Source of the DNA: Octopus sinensis
Lineage: Eukaryota
Assembly (NCBI RefSeq): GCF_006345805.1
Contig: NW_021834735.1
Location: 1 to 26,102, forward strand
Reading direction: 5' to 3'
Length of the DNA: 26,102 nt
The position numbers and the translations under genes were made by a program. A model generated the notes under the pieces. The model was not told the DNA's origin, did no database searches, and was given only the letters and a program-made list of their open reading frames with translations. This document shows positions 22,100 to 26,102 of this stretch, piece by piece; the first letter of the stretch is position 1; each line of letters starts with the position of its first letter.

Positions 22100-23785
22100 A
22101 GGAATAACAACAACAATAACGAGATCAACAGCCGTAGCGCTCACGACAGCAACTGCATTGAGGCTAGCGTCTATGATTATGACGATAACAACAACAAAAA
22201 GAAAAACAATAGCAGGAAATAAATCAACAACATCAACAACCACAACTACAACATCAACAACAACAGCAGCAGCAGCAGCAACTGCAGCAGTTACACGAAG
22301 AAGAGGAAGAACAATAATTACTACAAAAACAACAACAACAGCAATAACAACAACCACAACTCTTACAAACGATAAGGAGCTAACGTTTCCAAGAATATTA
22401 CCACCACCACCACCACCAGAACTACTTTAATCACTACTACTACCAACAACAACAACAATTATCAGCGTCAGCATGGCGGCCACTACTACCTAAACTGCAA
22501 AAAAAGAACATTAACGGTACTACCACCAATGCCATTAATTACCACCATCGCCATTAATATTAACACCACCACGACTATCACCGCTACAACTACCACCACC
22601 GCTACAGCTAATACCACCACCAACACAACTATCACCGCTACAACTACCACCACTACTACAGCTAATACCACCACCACCACCACCACAACTATCACCGCTA
22701 CAACTACCACAACCATCACAACAACAACAACCATTAATATTAACACCACTACAACAACCATCACCACAACTATCACCGTTACAACTACCACCACCACAAC
22801 TATCACAACCATTAACATCACCACCACCACAACCATCACTATCACCGCTACAACTACCACCATCACCACAACTATCACCGCCACTACAGCTAATACCACC
22901 ACAACTATCACCACGACAACTACTACCACCATCACCACTAACTCTACCACTACAGCTACCACCGCCACCACGAACGCTACTACCACCTGCACAAACACAA
23001 CAATACCAGCACCACCACCACACAACTACTGCCACTACCACACCCCAATACCATTAACACCACAACCACCACCTACAACAGAAGCAGCAAATCTTCGATG
23101 GTTAACATCACCATCACAGCAATACTACAACCTCTACCACCACAACCATCACCACCACAAACTCTACCATCAACAACTCTACAACCATCACCACCATGTC
23201 ACAACTACTACCATCACAACCACCTCCACAAACAACAACCTTCACCACCACCAATACCACCACCACTACCATCACAACTATTATCACCACTGCAACCACC
23301 GCCACTACCATCACTACCACCGCAACCATCATCACCACCACCACCACCACCACTACCGCCTAAAAAGCAGAAAGGCAAATACCCCCCCCCCAACACCACA
23401 ACCAGTAACATCACCGTCACCTCCACCACCGCCAACTACACTACAACCTAAACAACAACAACAACAACCAAGGTGTCACCCCCTCCACCACCACCAACAA
23501 AAAAAAACCCAACTAAAACACTACCACCACCACCACCAAACAACAACATTACTACTACTACTACTACTGCAGCAGCGTCACCACCAGCAACACTACCACC
23601 TTAGCCACAACAACCACCACAACAGCCGCAAGGTTGCTACGGTCAATTAGCAGACAAATGAGGTACATATCAATAATAGAAAACGTCACCACCTTAATGC
23701 TAAACCACTACTACTAATACTACTACTACTGCTACTACTACTACTACTGCTGCTGTCGTTGCTGCTACTGCTACTAATAATAATG
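22100..23785. repeat. (ACA/ACC/ACT)n low-complexity block
   Basis: Seen directly; accacaactatcaccgctacaact recurs at ~22570-22880. Confidence 0.9.
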
Positions 23786-23859
23786 ATAGTAATTTTCTAA
23801 CGCCGATTTTATTCATGTAAGAGTCATTCTGTGCGCTATGCGCCGACATTCCTACACAT

Positions 23860-24143
23860 ATAAATACATACATATAGTGTATATATATGTGAGTATGTAT
23901 ACAGACATATATATGTATATATAAAATCTCTATACATATTGATTGATATATATATATATATATATATATGAATGTATATAAAATCTATATACATATTGAC
24001 ATATATATGTATATATAAAATCTATATACATATTGATATATATATGTATATACAAAATCTATATACATATTGATATATATATGTATATACAAAATCTATA
24101 TACATATTGATATATATATGTATATACAAAATCTATAACATAT

Positions 24144-24182
<39 letters not shown>

Positions 24183-24216
24183 CTATATACACACACACAC
24201 ACACATATACATATAC

Positions 24217-24247
<31 letters not shown>

Positions 24248-24660
24248 ATATGTATGAGCGTTGATACATGATTGTTATTTTATGTATATTTATAAATATT
24301 CTACCAAACGTACATATACCTACATAATTCATACATATATATTTATTTATGTATATATATATGTTTATGTATATATATATATATATATATATATTTATTT
24401 GCATGCATATTTATCTGCACATATATGAGAACATACGCACAAATACATACTTTGTGTATACACATAGATGTGTACATATATTTAGATGTGTATGTATACA
24501 TTTATACACACACACACACACACACACACCTATATATATATATATATAGGCATATATATGCATTCACATGTATTTATATATATATCATATGGGTCTATAT
24601 ATATGTGTGTGTGTGTATGTATGTAGATGTGTAAACACCCCCCACATACACACACGTGTG
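23860..24660. repeat. (TA)n field containing a 37-bp minisatellite (aaaatctatatacatattgatatatatatgtatatac)
   Basis: aaaatct at 24017, 24054, 24091 and 24128 (period 37). Confidence 0.88.
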
Positions 24661-24774
24661 TATGCCGTAAAGAAAAGAAATTTTAAAATAAACGCAATGG
24701 GACGAACGACATTTGACGACTATCGCATTTTAGTCAATATTTCAATGCAGAAATATTATCCTTTAACGTTTCAG

Positions 24775-24853
24775 GTGTCAGACATTCATCAGATGGCTAA
24801 AAAGAGAGAAAAGCACGGTGATGAAGAAACACCAAGAAACTGTGTATAATAAA
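24775..24853 (+). other. Candidate spliced exon (speculative)
   Basis: Acceptor tcctttaacgtttcAG|G at 24774; phase-0 frame VSDIHQMAKKREKHGDEETPRNCV* with AATAAA overlapping the stop. Confidence 0.2.
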
Positions 24854-25069
24854 CAAATATCTATCGATTCATGTCTATCTATCTATCTATCTACCTATAT
24901 ATCTATCTATATATCTATATCTGTCTCTCTAGCTATCTATATATCTATTATCCTCTAAAGTCGTTTAAGGGAATCGTTTCAACTATACGTATAAAAGCTA
25001 TTTTATTACGTCAGCGATAATCTAAGGTTACCAACTGGCGATAACAGTTTTGGGGGTTGGGAAGTTTTG

Positions 25070-25471
25070 GGAGTGGCTGTGTGGTAAGTAGCTTGCTTAC
25101 GAACCACATGGTTCCGGGTTCAGTCCGACTGCGTGGCACCTTGGGCAAGTGTCTTCTACTATAGCCTCGGGCTGACCAAAGCCTTGTGAGTGGATTTGGT
25201 AGACGGAAACTGAAAGAAGCCCGTCGTGTATATGTATGTGTATATATGCATTTGTGTGTATGTTTGTGTGTCTGTGTTTGTCCCCCTAGCATTGCTTGAC
25301 AACCGATGCTGGTGTGTTTACGTCCCCGTCACTTAGCGGTTCGGCAAAAGAGACGGATAGAGTAAGTACTAAGCTTACAAAGAATAAGTCCTGGGGTGAC
25401 TTTGCTCCACTAAAAAAAGGCGGTGCTCCAGCATGGTCGCAGTCAATTGACTGAAACAAGTAAAAGTAAAA
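25070..25471 (+). mobile_element. Near full-length family A SINE
   Basis: A-box-like 25074-25084, B-box-like 25116-25126, central TA/TG tract, gtaaaa tail. Confidence 0.9.
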
Positions 25472-25527
25472 GCGAGAAAGAAAGAGAGAGAGATATATTT
25501 ACGTGTGATATATATAGATATATATTT

Positions 25528-26102
25528 ACCGATGCTGGTGTGTTTACGTCCCCGTCACTTAGCGGTTCGGCAAAAGAGACCGATAGAATAAGTACTGGCT
25601 ACAAAGAATAAGTCCCGGGGTCGAGTTGCCACGACTAAGGCGGTGCTCAGCATGGCCACAGTCAAATGACTGAAACAAGTAAAAGAGACCGATAGAATAA
25701 GTACTGGGCTTACAAAGAATAAGTCCCGGGGTCGAGTTGCACGACTAAAGGCGGTGCTCCAGCATGGCCACAGTCAAATGACTGAAACAAGTAAAAGAGA
25801 CCGATAGAATAAGTACTGGGCTTACAAAGAATAAGTCCCGGGGTCGAGTTGCACGACTAAAGGCGGTGCTCCAGCATGGCCGCAGTCAAATGACTGAAAC
25901 AGGTAAAAGAGACCGATAGAATAAGTACTGGGCTTACAAAGAATAAGTCCCGGGGTCGAGTTGCACGACTAAAGGCGGTGCTCCAGCATGGCCGCAGTCA
26001 AATGACTGAAACAAGTAAAAGAGACTGATAGAATAAGTACTAGGCTTACAAAGAATAAGTCCCGGGGTCGAGTTGCACGACTAAAGGCGGTGTGTGCTCC
26101 AG
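25528..26102 (+). repeat. Tandem array of the family A 3' tail, 112-bp unit, at least 5 copies (runs off the window)
   Basis: aaaagagac at 25572, 25681, 25793, 25905 and 26017. Confidence 0.92.

Noticed and set aside
22486-23650. 373-aa Thr/His-rich ORF and its antisense ORFs
   Set aside because: Same low-complexity origin; the reading switches between Thr, Pro and His runs as expected from indels in a trinucleotide tract
24815-24845. gtgatgaaga...gaaac as another hammerhead
   Set aside because: Lacks C3/U4 and has no stem II

Overview
Eukaryotic (metazoan), repeat-saturated intronic or intergenic DNA. The SINE families and the CAC/TA/AG simple-repeat load look like Octopus or another coleoid cephalopod; this rests on recognition only, not on a search. 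No intact protein-coding gene can be supported: almost every listed ORF is a by-product of low-complexity sequence. The window holds four retroposon families, called A-D here (A, B and C have tRNA-like pol III heads). It also holds the 3' end of an RTE/BovB-type LINE, a 381-bp non-autonomous Helitron whose empty site can be rebuilt from sister repeats in the window, and one near-canonical plus two CpG-decayed hammerhead-ribozyme-like motifs of the Penelope-associated type. The dominant theme is that nearly every element has had an internal piece amplified into a local tandem array (periods 19, 99, 100, 112, 158, ~168, ~183 and 188 bp). A few short unique CpG-rich islands could be promoter or exon sequence, but this is unproven.
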